Assembly (NCBI GenBank): GCA_951406725.2
Contig: OX597837.1
Span: 15,376,001-15,440,000, forward strand
DNA length: 64,000 nucleotides
Reading direction: 5' to 3'
DNA from: Octopus vulgaris
Lineage: Eukaryota
Part shown: piece by piece, positions 1-14,912 of the stretch
Numbering within the stretch: position 1 is the first letter of the stretch
Layout: each line of letters begins with the position of its first letter
Translations under genes and position numbers: made by a program
Notes under the pieces: model-generated
Databases searched by the model: none
What the model was told of the DNA's origin: nothing
What the model saw: only the letters and a program-made list of their open reading frames with translations

Positions 1-767
1 CAAAGTCAATGTTTGGCACAATTATTTCGATCAATCTCTTCACATTTTCGCGCAATTCATTCAACCGTTTCTTCACGCAATCCAGGTTCTCCTCTTCCCC
101 GTCTTCGCTCGCAGCAGCCTCGGATGCGAGCCTCGAAGCAGAAGCAGAGGAGGAAGGTGGGGACGAGGCAGTTGCACTTGCTGCAGATGCAGGAGGCGCC
201 GCAGCAGGGGACGCATTGTTCTGTGGCAGTGCAGCAGAGACAACAGAATCGGTTGCAGCCGCCTGCGCTGGCAACGAAGCAACAGAATTCACAGAGATTA
301 TCTTTATGCCGTCGTCCTCATTCCCTGCCCTGTTGGCCGATGGCAGCACAGAGACAACCTCGTTGGCACCAACCGAAGACCGATTCCTTGTTACCTCCAT
401 TGCTGTTACTTCCATGTCTATTGGTGTTTCGCTGACTTCAACAGCCACCGACACGTCTGAGGTAGGCATCATATTGCTATTTGATGCTGGCAGAATACCA
501 TTGGTACCGTCCATTTTGGGGTCATCTTCGTCTGTCAAATCAATCACCCCAACAGGCTCCTGGTTACTCTTCTCTTTCTCTTCTCGCCGACGAGTGGCCA
601 GGTCAGGTACCGGAGCAGTGTCCTCGTTCAACGTCACTGTCACATAGTTACCATCCTCTGTCTTGATGCGATGGCGCTTCACTAAAGTGACCGTTTCTGG
701 TGCTGCGTCTAAGGAACGTTTACTGGGAGGAGTCACGCCAGCTGCGGGTATCATGCGGTTCGGTTGG
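1..767 (-). CDS. MORC3: MORC large 3' exon (low-complexity region plus C-terminal coiled coil), truncated by window edge
   Basis: CAG acceptor at 768-770; open frame [17 protein letters not shown]...[30 protein letters not shown]. Confidence 0.88.
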
Positions 768-2295
768 CTGAAAGAGAATGAAAACAGACACACGGTTACA
801 AGAATGCTATAAACAGACATTAATACTTTAGCATTTAAACTGGCTATATCTGGCCTCTCACACCTATGCTACAATGTCATTCTAAAAATAAACATGTCAC
901 ATCATTGAAATTTTGAAGCTGAGATAATCCACGATAATTCAAAACATGGAAGTGGATAAGTGTTACATCCATATTAAGTACAGCAGAACCTCGCAGTATG
1001 AGTGCCCCATTGTACGAGTCTCGGCTCGTACAAATTTTCGAGTGGAAATCTGCAGTACAAGCAGTTTAATCAAAGAATTGCTGCCTCCTCATCTTTGAAG
1101 AATAAACTTGCCACTAAAACTTTTCCTGGGTAGAATCATCACAAGTGATGAAAAGTAGATTCTCTCTGATCATATTCAACGGAAAAGGCAATGGTTGGCA
1201 CCGAATGAAAAAGGAGAATCCATCCCCAAACCAGGACTGCACCTGAAAAAAGCTATGTTCTATGTTTGGTGGGATGTCATGAAGTGTTAAACTAAACCAA
1301 AGAAGTTCATGCGGAGAAGTATTGTTGTCAGTTGGAAACATTTGCAGAGAAACCATCCGTGACTGGTCAGTCCGTAAGGAGGGGCTGCTCGGACATCACA
1401 AAGGGTCCCAGTTACTAAGAAGAAAAAAATTATGATAGTAAATACAGAAGTTTCCCCTCATTTGCCTTACTCTTCTCATCTTCATCCATCTTTGCAATTA
1501 TTTTTAAAATAAGAGAACAGTTAATTAATTATGAAGATAAAAATGATACAAAGGGTTTGGTTCCAGATTCGAAGAATTTTATGCCCAACGGATGGAATTA
1601 TGTTGAATAATGGAGGGGAAATATTATTTTGGTTAAATTTATCAATTAAGTCCCAAAGAGGAGGCAGTTATTTGTTTCCCATTTTGAAATAGGAAAAGAC
1701 TTTTCTTTCCAAAGCTGGAATGGATTTTATATTTATATGATGAGGACGGCCACCAATGCCTGTCTGAACTATTGGTTTGTTTTGGTTATCAGTGCTCTGC
1801 CCATGCTGGAACTGTGTACACACCAAACACACAAATATAGAGAAGTGATCAAGTAGACAAGGGTTTGATACACTTACCTTGTGGAGCTGACATTTGACCA
1901 GTTTGTGTCGAGGTAGTTCTGCAAATGAGATTGGACATTGTTAAAGAAGAGATCAGCTTTCAAAGTCAATCAGGGAATTTAACAACTAAAACAGTCAAAG
2001 TAATTCTTGGTTATGGGGAAACTACTTGACTTTGAATAACAGGAAGAAGAAGAAGATTAATACAAGAAGTCAATGGAGCGGAAACAAAAAATTGTGTTCA
2101 GCAACAAAGAACAGCAAAACACAAGAAGAAACAAAAGCGAAGCTGGGGGAGGCAGAAAATATAAAAATAACTTTAAAAAAAAATGAAACAAAAAAAAGGG
2201 TAAAAGTAGAAAGACTGAGAATTACAGAAAAGGACTGTCTTTTTTATGAGTACAACATTAGTGTGTGTATATGCATAAATATAGGCATATGCGTG

Positions 2296-2345
<50 letters not shown>

Positions 2346-4219
2346 GTCTTGTTCATTTTATAGCAGTTTCTTATCCACAATGGCATGGGCTGGTCAGAGT
2401 CATACTAAAGTACACTACGGCCAGATACCTTTTCTGTTGTCAACTCTTACTTGCATTCTCAGGTAAGGGGTTTTCCTTCTACTGATCTTCAAAATGGTAG
2501 AGCTACAAGACATTGTCTTCAGGGAGTGTTATCATGACATCTTCCCTTTCCTCAGACAGTGTCAATGCAAAAACATGCAACGTAAGGCACTGATATATAC
2601 ACACAACAGGTGTCCATGCAGTTTCCACGCCCAAGGTTTTGGTAGGATTGAACCGAAAACCATTTAGTTAAAGAAGCTAACTTCTTAACTGCACAGCCAT
2701 GTCTGTAGACAATCTCCAAGAATCCCTCAAACAACACACATTGCTGCAAGAACTCCTCTTTAAAGACGAGAGAGAAAAGAAAAGACGAAGATGCTCACAT
2801 CGTTACGTCGTTGCACCATGTGAAGAACTTCAGCTGCTTTCAAGATCTCAACTTGCTTCGTTTTGATGTGGTCCTTTTGTGACTTTAGTTTTTGGATTAT
2901 CTTTGCTTGGGTTTTTTGTTTTTGGATTAAGGATTCTAAAGCCTTTTGAGCCTGTGTCAATTCTGTTGTGCTGGGTTTCTTCTCTGTTGAACTGGTTACC
3001 TAGAAAGAGAGAGAGAAATAAGAATGAACATCTACCGTAATAACCATTGCTTAATCTCCACTTTTCCATGCTGGCATGGGTTGGATGCTTCAAGAGGAAG
3101 CAATGAACCAAAGGGCTGCCCCAGGTTCCATGTCTGTTTTTGGCAGGGTTTCTGCAGCTGGATGCCCTTCTCAATGCCAACCACTCTACAGAGTGTATTG
3201 GGTGCTTTTTTCATGGGACCAGCATTACTGAGGTCAGCAAGTGTTTGCAAGACAAGAGAGACCCCTTAACTGAGTTGGGTGTGGTACTGAAGGAAGGATG
3301 CTAGAGAGAGGAGTGTTGCCGGAATTAAGAACAGCTTTGCCACAAGTCTGTTCTGTCTCTGCTCATCTGGAGCTAAACAACAACAACAGCATCAATAATA
3401 AAAATTGCTGAATCGTTTTCTTACCTCCACAATGCCTTGCCTCATGTCTCGGTCTCGCCTTTCCAATTCCTTTTTCATGGCCACCAACTGGGAATCTTTT
3501 TCTTGCTGTTTCTGGAACTGAAAACAAAAACAAAGACATTTTGAAATTTTTACCATTTTACAACCATATTTCCACACTGGCATGGAAGTATTGGAGGTGG
3601 GGGGGGGGGGGGAAAGGAGAGCTGTCATTTATATATATACATATATATATACAGGGTGGCCCAAAAGTAGGTTTACAGTTATCACGTAGGCACTTAAAAT
3701 TTCTTTTAAAACATTTCATTATGCACAAACATTTGATCACTATAAACAAATCATGTGTGGTTGTTCGGTAAGAAATTGCCGAACCCTCATACGTCGTCTA
3801 ACAACGGGAGAGTCCATTATATATATATATATCATCATCATCATCATCATCATTTAATGCCTGCTGTCCATGCTGCTGGCACAGGTCGGAAGGTTTGACC
3901 AGGGCTGGTAAGCTGGAAGGCTGCACCAGACTCCAGCCTGATTTGGCATAGTTTTCTATGGCTGTGCAGGTGCCTCTTAAAAAGTATTCAGTCCATATTG
4001 TAAATAAAGTGGTTAGAATTTGGGAGGGCATCCAGCTGTAACAACTGTGCCAAAACTGACCTCACCTGTGCGAGTGCCACGTAAAAAGCACCAAGTCCAC
4101 TCTGCTGGATGGATGGTTGGTGTTAGGAAGGGCATCCAACTGTAAAAGCTGTGCCAAAACACTAACCCATGCCAGCATGGAAAATGGACGTTAAATGATG
4201 ATGATTTTATATATGTGTG

Positions 4220-4271
<52 letters not shown>

Positions 4272-7200
4272 CACACACACACACAAAAACACACATAGGT
4301 ATGTACATATAAACACATTCATACACATGCAATATGCACATATACATGTGTATATATATACACACACGCATTGTTAACATTCCGTACTCCTTCACATTGT
4401 CTCACCCACCCACCCACACGCATCATTTCAGAAATAAACAATGCAACACTTACTTCTTCAATTTGTTTTCGTTTTCTTTGGATTTCTCTGAAAAACACAA
4501 AATCGACAATTAAGCATCAATATTTCTTCTTGAATGGTTGTGTGCTTGTTTCCAGTTCAATCCCACTGCGTGGCACCTTTGGCAAGTGTCTTCCCCTACA
4601 GCCCTGTGCCAGTCAATATCTCGTAGGCAGAGACTGTGCAGAAGCCCATCATATAGTCAACACCCCGCTTGACAGCCGATGTTGGTTTGTTTACATCCTT
4701 GTAACCGAGCAGAAAAGGCTGATAGAATAAAAACCAAACTTTAAAAAGAGAATATTTCCTTATTATTAAACAAGCCTTGGAAAACTGAAAAAGATGGACA
4801 CAAAGACAAGGAGTCAGTAACACACACAACAGGCTTCTTTCAGTTTCCATCTCGGAAATCCACTCACAGGGCTTTGGTTGGTCTGGGGCCATAGAAGAAG
4901 ATACTTGCCTAAGGTGTCATGCAGTGGAATCGAACTTGAAGCCATGTGGTTGGAAAACAAACTTAATTACATCAATGTGCTGCACACAATAACAAATATT
5001 GTTAATATATTTACTGCAGCAACTATTATAATGGTGATGGCATGGGAGGAGAGTCTGAAATGAAATGTATTGAGGAGGAGATGGAACCTTACGTAGATGA
5101 TACTTACTGAGCTTTTTTGAATGTTTTTTCGTAGGAGGGTCGACGGAGGGCTTCATCTTCATCTTCTGGTTCCTCTTCAACATCACATCGACTGAAAATA
5201 CAATGTGTAAGAGTTACACCAACACTAGACACACAACTACATATACACACTCTACACTAATATTACACACTCACACACCAATATTAGACACAAGACTACA
5301 TACACACACACACATCAAAACAATGAGGCACCGATACTACACACAGACCAACATACACGTCACAATGATTGGTAACAGGAAGAGTAAAGTTACAAACACA
5401 CCAACACCAACTGATTTATATGGAGGACACACGGACACACACGAAGTACCAGCCTAATGTATTTGATGGCATACAAGTCACAATTTCTTCCCCAAAACAA
5501 CCTTAACAAGACAAAAAAAAAAACCCCACCTGGATCTTGTATGTGAAGTTTCGACCTATATTATTACATGCTTGAGTGCACTAAAAAATTTTCCTCTGAA
5601 TATCTGTTGTTGAAATTGGGGCGTGCCTGAGATACCCAGGGGTATTTTTTGTCTTCAGGTACAGTAATTAGTACACACACACACACACATACAGCAATAA
5701 CAGTTCTCACACACATCCATGACTGATGAAGATGCTGACCAATTTAAAGAGTTAGAAGGAAAAATTCTTACTTATGAGAGGCATCAGGGTTCATGTGACA
5801 ATACCATTTCTCTGGTAAGTCTCGGAACCCAATCCCAGTTGGCAGACGGCGCCATTTCAAGCAGTTATCACACTGCACCCATAACCAGTCAGGTTCTGGA
5901 GCAACTCTGTAAAAATAAATCAAAGAATTTTGGTGAACAGGCAGCAAATTACAACCACTCTTAGGCAAATATTTGTATTCACTCTGCTAAAAATAGCAGC
6001 CAAATCTCACTTGTCTTCAAAGGTGAAGGACACATTGGATAATGTGGTCCTCAGGGTCCTATAACTGAATAAAAAATGGGATAGTCATGGATGGAACCCT
6101 CTGGAACTCTATGCTCATAGGCCTGCTTCATCAGGGCTAATTAAACAACAACATTAATAACTGCTGTTAAGATTGTAATTAATCTCGTCTTATTCCTGGA
6201 TAAGTACATCCTTTAATCCGATGTAGCATTTACCATTTGTTTAGACATAAAAAGTTCCAGGTTCAAATCCAATCTGCTATTATGTACACATCCATGAATA
6301 AAACATCCTGATGACGATTAAAGAATTCATTAATCAACTCTTTTGGTACCAAATTGCTGCTTAAGAACATTGCTTTTGTCTGTAAATAATTCTGAAAAAC
6401 CATCTGTTCGTGGCCATTGCCAGCCTCGCCTGGTCCCCGTGCCGGTGGCACGTAAAAAGCACCCACTACACTCACGGAGTGGTTGGTGTTAGGAAGGGCA
6501 TCCAGCTGTAGAAACACTGCCAAATCTGACTGGGCCTGATGCAGCCTTCTGGCTTCACAGATCCCAGTTGAACCGTCCAACCCATGCTAGCATGGAAAGC
6601 GGACGCTAAATGATGATGATGAAGAATTTTGTTGTTATTAAGCTGACATTTGAAACAGATTCACATGGAATTTTGATGGAAGTTTTAACCCTTTCATATT
6701 TAAATGGCCACATAAATAGTTTAAATAGTCTCCTTGTTTTATGTTCAAATCAGCCACATCTGGCCTCTCACACCTGCCCTACAATGTCAATATCTCAATG
6801 CTTTGAGATAATCCATGATTAATTTAAAACAAGGTGAATAAATAAGCATTAAATTTGAGACAGGATAATCTGAATGCCAAAGGGTTGATCAAGATTACTT
6901 TAAAACCAGTTTGTACCAGATAATCAGGGATAATCTCAAGCAGGATGGTACCAAAATGGTTGCAACATAGAATAAATATGAAAGTTTTGAATTTACACTC
7001 TGAAGATGTAGTTAAGAAGCTGGGAAATGACAATGTCCAGGTTCAAATCCTTGTGAATCCCCAGGAAGAGGACACCTGATTAGGAGCAGAGATTAACCCG
7101 ATTAAAATGTAATGAGGATAATTATAATTTTAAGTAATGATGACTCATCTCAGAGATTTAGATCATTAACCATGCCTGGCCCAAATGATCAAACCAGCCA

Positions 7201-8298
7201 GATTTGGCCTTTCACACCTACCCTACAATGCCATTCTAAAAATAAACAATCACATCATTGAAATCTCATGATATGAGATAATAATGCAAGATTAATTCAC
7301 AATACGAATAAATAAGCATTACATTTGAGACAGAGTAATCTGAATGTTAAAGCGATAATTAATTACAATCTTAATTAGCAACAAGTAAAATTCAGAAATT
7401 TAGACATTTAATCCAATAACAGTATTTGACTGGCAACATTCGTGCTGCCACCTGGAATCAGATGGAGTGACTCTCATCTCCATCATAATAACAAATATTA
7501 GAATAAGGAATAAGCTTTGAGGCAGAAAACAAGAACAAACACAATACTAACTAACCCCCCCCCCCCCTCTCTGACCATTCAAGAAGACCCTCAGTATGGT
7601 GACTTGACTTACTAAAAAGAACAACAAAATCTCCCTCAAATCACAGCATATAGTCATTAAAAAATAAGGGTCACATTGGATAATGTAGTCCTTGATACAC
7701 TACGTCTCAATAAAATTCAGGGTGGTCATGGCAAGATTGACTTTGGCCCTGTTCAGTCAGGGATGATGCAAGGTTCCACAGTAATAAACCAGTGTACACC
7801 TCCATACCAAACTTGTAAAACTGCCGGGTGTATCTGTGTGCTGTGAAGAAGTAGGGCCCTTTCTAACACCAACCACTCCAAGGGTGTGTAATGGGTCCCT
7901 TTTACGTGCCAAATTGCGTGGCACCGGTGTCTTGCACGACTGCAATTTTGCTTGGCCTGATGGATCTTCAGCTCAAGCACAACACAATGCTAAGGGCCCC
8001 AATCATTGCCTCCATGGGGCCCAATACTTGAAAGGAATATTAATAATAATAATAATAATAACAATGGTTTCAAATTTTGGCATAAGGCCAGGAATTTTGA
8101 GGGTGGGGGTTAAGTGGATTATACTGACCCCAATGCTCCACTGCCACCAATTGTAATGACCCTGAAAGGAAGAAAGGCAAAGTCAACCTCAGCGGGATTT
8201 GAACTCAGAATGTGAAGATGGATGGCATGCTGTTAGACATTTTGCCCAGCATGCTAAAGATTCTACCAACTCTCCAAACCATGGAAACCAAATGCTAA

Positions 8299-8340
<42 letters not shown>

Positions 8341-11300
8341 TATTTGCAATGGATGTGGTGGAATAAAATGTTTAGGAGTCACTGGTTAATTCTTCTAACT
8401 CTAAGAAATATCATCAAAAACACAAAACAATAAACATTGCAAGTCCTCTACAATTCTCAAAGAATGGATGCAAAGAACCAGTTGAGTTCTGAGATACTCA
8501 GAGTAACAACAGACAACAACTAACTACGGTTGGAAGAACTCTGCTGCGAACAAGCGGAACGAGACGATTGAGGTGTGGCTGTTAGGATGCTGATCAGTTG
8601 GCATGGCTGAGGGGAGAGTGAACCTGTTTTGGCAATTGTACTCTTTGGCACTGAAGCAAACACACACACACACATACTTACACACATCTGTGTGTGCATG
8701 GAAATACTGTGTTTTCTGGCATCAAAGTCGAGATTTTCAGACCAAAATCTACAGCCAAAACAAGTAGACAGACTTGACAACACCAAAACGAGTTTGGAGG
8801 ACCAAAGATTCCATGAGAAATGCAGCAAGAATTGGGAAGATAGTGAAAAATGGTTGAAGGTTTACACTATATACTATATCAACTTATTTGTTGGAAAATA
8901 TGGTAGAGAGAGAGAGAGAGGTGCACACACACACACACACACACGCATGAAACTGTCTGGTGTTAGAAAAGTCAGCAGGGAATCAGCAATGCCAAATGGA
9001 GCAGCATCAAAATGGCCAAATGCCAAAACGTCTCTTACTCTGTTGCGCTACAGAGGTGGAAAGTGGAAGGTTTAGGATTTAGTGAACGACAGAATGATAC
9101 AGCTAAAAGCATGGACTACGGTGGCTGGCAGGATTGGGTTGGAATTATTGCAGTGGTGACTGATTATGTTAAGACAGAATTAGTAGACATTCATGTTAGT
9201 AAAATTGTATGGAACAAGAAAAACAAAAACAACAAAATCATGGTACAGTAATGTAAAAAAACAAAAAAACAAAAAAACTTTTCATGAAACACACTCTGAA
9301 ATCCTACATGCATGTGTTAAGTGAATGACCAATAGCTGACTGCCACATGTTTCACAGTGATTGGATAAGAAACAGAACAGCAGCTGGATTTACATCAGAC
9401 CAAACTAATCCATCAGATGACATGACAAATCAATAGTTTCCTAGAAGACCTCTGTGTGTGTGTGTGTGTGTGTGTGTGTAAACCCTTGCCTTGGCATCAT
9501 GTGCCAATTGTAAATGCTCATCACCATTAAACAATGTTGCTTGTTTCCTGTTTGTAATGGTGAAATGTTTATGTTGTTGGAAACTGGTAAGGGTTGGTCA
9601 CAGTAAGGGCATCGGGCCACAGAACATCTGCCTTGACAAAACCCCTCTCACACATGTGAGCCTGGAAAAGCGGACGTTAAATGATGAGGTGAAAACACTC
9701 GGACACTGAATTAATTTGGTCAGCATGTCTTTCCAAATTTCTGGCCAAATGAATTGCATCATAGTGCTGTTTTCTCACAGACGGTGCCCAACTGACCCTA
9801 CTATACTGTGTAGTCAACGAAATCAAAGACAATGTGCATATGCGAAATTAAGAATATAAAATGGCGACAATTTATCCATCGCACCATGTATATGTGTAAC
9901 AAAATATATATATATATATACCAGGTATGTTGATGCAAACAGGAAAAATAGAACTCAAAACATGAGTTATGTATATTTTCATTAATATTTAACAAAGTGA
10001 CTCAAGGTCTGAGAGTTCTGGGAGTTGGCACCCATCAAGCTTATTGACAGGTGCCACTGCATGACATTCCCAGGCCTTGCATCACTCTTTTACTTCTGCT
10101 AAATATCAATATATATGTATGCAAACTGCATTTCCTCGTAACACACAGAGACAACAACACTCACCACCATTATCTAAAACTGATGTAAAAACAGCTGCTG
10201 ACATAAACAAACCAAACAACGAAACATATGTAACATGGATGTGAGAATCGGTGTAGAGTGGTATGCTGGTGGTTGGGAACACAAACGGACTACAATCTAA
10301 GGACCAAATATCCAGTGATGACAAGAGAAACAAAAGGGAGAAAGCATTCAGCTACAAACTAGTGTAAGGATGAGGCAAGGTGAAAAGTAGCAGGCAAAAA
10401 GCAGGAGTAGGAGGAGGAGAAGTAGTAGTAGTAGAAGTAATATGAGGTAATACATACGAAGGAAACAGCGTTCTAGAAGTCAGGAGGGAAAAAGATTAGT
10501 AAAGCAAGTGAAAATAATAATAATAATAATGGTTTCAAATTTTGCCACAAGGGCACCAATTTGGGGGGAGGGGATGAGTCGATTACATTGTCCCGCTCCG
10601 CAGTGTTCACCTGGTACTTACTTTTATTGAGACCCCACCCACCCAAAAAAGGATGAAAGGCAAAGTTGACCCTGGCAGAATTTGAACCTGCGACGTAAAG
10701 AGTTGGATGAAATACTGCTATGCATTTTGCTTCCCTCATCAACAATTCTATCAGCTCACAGCCTTAATAATCCTTTCTGCTATAGGGAGGGGGGTAAGTC
10801 GATTACATTGACCCCCAGTGCTCAACTGGTAACTTATTTTATCAACCCCTAAAGGTTGAAAGGCAAACATCGACCTTGGCGGAATTTGAACTCAGAATGC
10901 AAAGATGGACAAAACACTGCTAAGCATTTCATCCAACATACTAATGACTCTTCCAACTCACCACCTTAACAATAATAATAATCCTTCCTACTAAAGGCAC
11001 AAGGCCTTGAAACTTGGGGGGGGGGGGAACTAGTTGATTTTATTGCCCCCCTCCCCCAGTGTTTCACTGGTACTTAATTTATTGACCTCCAGTGCATAAC
11101 TGGTACTTAATTTATCGACCCTCAAAAGGATGAAAGGCAAAATCGACCTTGGCGGAATTTGAACTCAGAACATAGTGGCAGACAAAATACCGCTAAGCAT
11201 TTCGCCCGGTGTGCTAACGATTCTGCCAGCTCAATGCCTTAATTATAGTAGTAGTAGTAGTAATAATAATAATATAACAACAATTGTTTCTAATTTAGGC

Positions 11301-14300
11301 AAAAAGCTAGCCATTTTCAGGGGAGTATATTTCATGGACCTCAGTAAGTGACTGAGGGATTTGAATTCAGAACATGGAGAGCTAGAACAAATACCACAAG
11401 GCATTGTTCCAACATTAACAATTCTGCCAAATAATGGTTTTTATTAATTCAAGCACAAGGTCAGTGATTTAGAGCCGGATGAGGGCAGCAGGAGACACCA
11501 ACGATCCCCAACTGCTTGACTGGGATTTTATTTTATCAACCCTGGCGGGATTTTAACTTGGAAAAGTTAAACAATAAACACCACAAGGCATTTTTTCTGA
11601 CACTACCAATTAATAATAATAATGATGATGATGATTGTTTTTATTTGCTACCAGGGTGACAGATGCAGGGACCAATCTCAAAGATATACATAATGGGGGT
11701 ATTTACATGGAAAAAATCAAATAAAGAAAAAAGGAAAAAAACAAAAAAAAAAACATGAAATACAAATATACATGGCACACAAATAATGGTTTCATATTTT
11801 GGCAGAGGGCAAGAAGTTTTTGAGGGGAGGGGCAAATCAATTACATCTACCCCACCCACTACTTGAGTGGTACTTATTTTAACAACCCTAAAATGGATGA
11901 AGGGTACAGTTGACCTCGACAGAGATTGAACCCAGAAAGTAAAGATTGGCAAAATTCCGTTGCTGCTGCTGTTAAGCATTTCGTCCCCTGTGTTGCCAGC
12001 TCTGCCCGTTCCCTGCCTTTAAAGAATGAGTTTAGAGGTCAGGGGTCATGCAATTGGGGGCCTTTCGCTTGCAAAGCAATACAGGGCATACAAATAATAA
12101 CGAAAGAAGATAACGATGTACTTTATGCCTCCTGGTACAGGAAGACCTTCCTCAAGGAACCCCACAGATCCAGGATCACTCTGAACACTAAGGGCAAGTC
12201 ACCCCCATGACTGCTGTGGGCTGCATCCAATCTGGCCATTTTCACCACCCTCATCCATTCCTCATTAACCCTTTAGCATTTAAACTGACCGCATCAAGCC
12301 CAAATATTCTACATGGTTTACATCCATGCAAACATGGGAAAGGGGTTGTTAAATGATGCTGATGATGATGGTAATGATGATATCCCTCCTGCGATTTTCT
12401 AAATAGAATAATGAACTTATTGTGCTACATATGATTGTGTAAGGCCCTGAATGTATTTGATAGCAGGCATCAAGTAGGGAGTAAACAAATTTGGGAAACA
12501 CAAGGGCAACATGAACCAATTTTTTTCAAAACGACCTCTATAAGAAACCAACAGACTTTTAGATGTAGCTAATCCCTCAAGCAAAATGAGGGTTTTGTTT
12601 TAGTTCCCTGAAAGAACTGAAGGATTCCTTGTAACAATCTGTTAAACCAGGAGAAAGTGGTGGATGTTCATAGCTGCACCTTTTCTCTTGCTCTGGTTTC
12701 TGGTTGCGTCTGTGATGAATTGTCTTCAGTGAGTGTCCCAAACATCCATCAGACAGCAGAGCAACAAACAGGAGATGAAAATATTTAAGAGAAGACATTG
12801 AACAGGGGGTGAATGTATCTAAAAGGTGTTTCAACTAGAAGGGGAGGCACATAGCTTAGTGGTTAGAGTGTTGGACTCATGATCATAGGATTGTGGTTTC
12901 GATTCCTGGACCAGGCAATGTATTGTGTTTTTGAGCAAAACACTTCATTTCATGTTGCTCCAGTCCACTCAGCTGGCAAAAATGGGTCAGCCTGCGATGG
13001 ACCAAAGTCCCATCTAAGGAGGAATTTATACACCAGAGGAAATGGGAAACCGGGCCTCGGTTGCTTATGGAGTTATGCAGACAAACCAAGAACTAGAAGG
13101 TAAATATATTTAACAGAGAGCATCAAGTTTGGGATCCACCATCAGGTCCAATCCTTGTTGCAGTGAAATGATTTTGTGTGCTTCAGTGATCCTGAGAGCT
13201 GTGCCAGTGGAGCATAAGCTCCTGGTAGAGTTATCCTATGCTGTACAAGTAGAAGGACAGAGGCCAGGCTAAGAGGGACCACCTCTTCCTAGACTTAGAA
13301 ATGGGGTCACATAGGACCAAAACATCTTCTTAGAAAACAGTAAATTTACAGAAGCATCAATGAAAATTTCAAACCAAGAAGACCTGGGCAGAGGTAGGCC
13401 TTCCCTTAGGGAAAGCACGATGGAGGCAGAAGAGAGGATGAAGACAGGATGTGACTGGAGAGAAGCAGAAAAGACAGCCCAGAGTTGAGAAGAGTTGTTG
13501 AAGGCCTCTGCTCGATAGGAAGCAAAGGGTTTTAGTAAGAAAGTAATCAAGCAGAGACTGAACATATTTAACAGGGGGCATCAGAGTAGGGAATAAATGC
13601 ATTTTTAATAGATGGCATCAAGTATGGAGTGAACATTTAATAGAATGCAGTAGAAATATGAAGAGAGAGAAATGACGATTAACTCAATGACCAATGCTTT
13701 TCTAGCAAGAAGGGAAGACAACTGCAGACATGTTTCAGTCCTGTTACACCTCTTCAGCAAATAGGCTTCATATTTGCCAGTGGTGGTAGAAGACACATTC
13801 TACATAGATGACAATCTTCTACAGCAATTCTACGCAGGGTTCTCTCAATCTGTTGAGTCTCCATGAACTCACTTTACCTACTAGAAATAGCAGTCAAAAA
13901 CACTCCTGCTAATCAGGCCCTTATAACTTTAAAAACAAAATGCATTCTTTCATTCTCTTACAGGTTTCAGCTCTAAGGTTGTGGCCATGCTGGAGCAGTG
14001 GCAATATGTAAAATTTTTAATAGAAGCCCAGAGTATGTATGCATGTGCATATATATATGTGCTTATGTTTACCCATCATAAAAAGCAAGAACATTCTGTG
14101 ATCTAGCAGTTCAAAAAACAGAGATCAATAAAATGAGTACCATGGGACTTGATATGATCAACTAAATATGTAAAAGCGATGCTCCAGCATGGCCTTGAAC
14201 TGATGACTAAAACCAATAAAAGAATATGTAAGAACGTGCCAGTGTGTGTGTGTGTGTGTGTGTGTGTGTAAGCTTCTTTCCTGTGAAGCAACCCAATTAT

Positions 14301-14806
14301 TTTATATCGCAATTTCAAAGAAAGGGATTTGGTCCACAACATCTCCTACTCACCCAGTGGCACTAGACACTGACTGGATCTTCACACTGCTGCTACCACC
14401 ACACTTCTCATTCCAGTAGTCGTTTAATTTGGTCCCTAACGATGTCATGAATGTACTGCAAAAGATACACAACACAGAAATTAGAATTAGCAAACAATAA
14501 ACATTTGATGGTTGGGGATCAATAACGAGCTTCAAACTAATTAGTAATACATTCTAATTCTGGCACAAGGCCAGCAATTTTGAGAGGAGGAGGAGGAAGT
14601 TGGTTACATTGAGCCCAGTATATGACTGGTACTTTATTTTATTGACTCTGAAAGGATGAAAAATAAAGCAAACTTTGGTGAAATCTGAACTCAGAACATA
14701 ACGAGCTGAATGAAATGCAATTAAGCATTTTGTCTAACAATTCTGCAAGATTACTGCCATGATGATGATGATGATAATAATAATAATAATAATAATAGTA
14801 ATAGTA

Positions 14807-14857
<51 letters not shown>

Positions 14858-14860
14858 GTA

Positions 14861-14912
<52 letters not shown>

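Noticed and set aside
9-647. 212-aa plus-strand ORF
   Set aside because: Antisense shadow of the MORC 3' exon.
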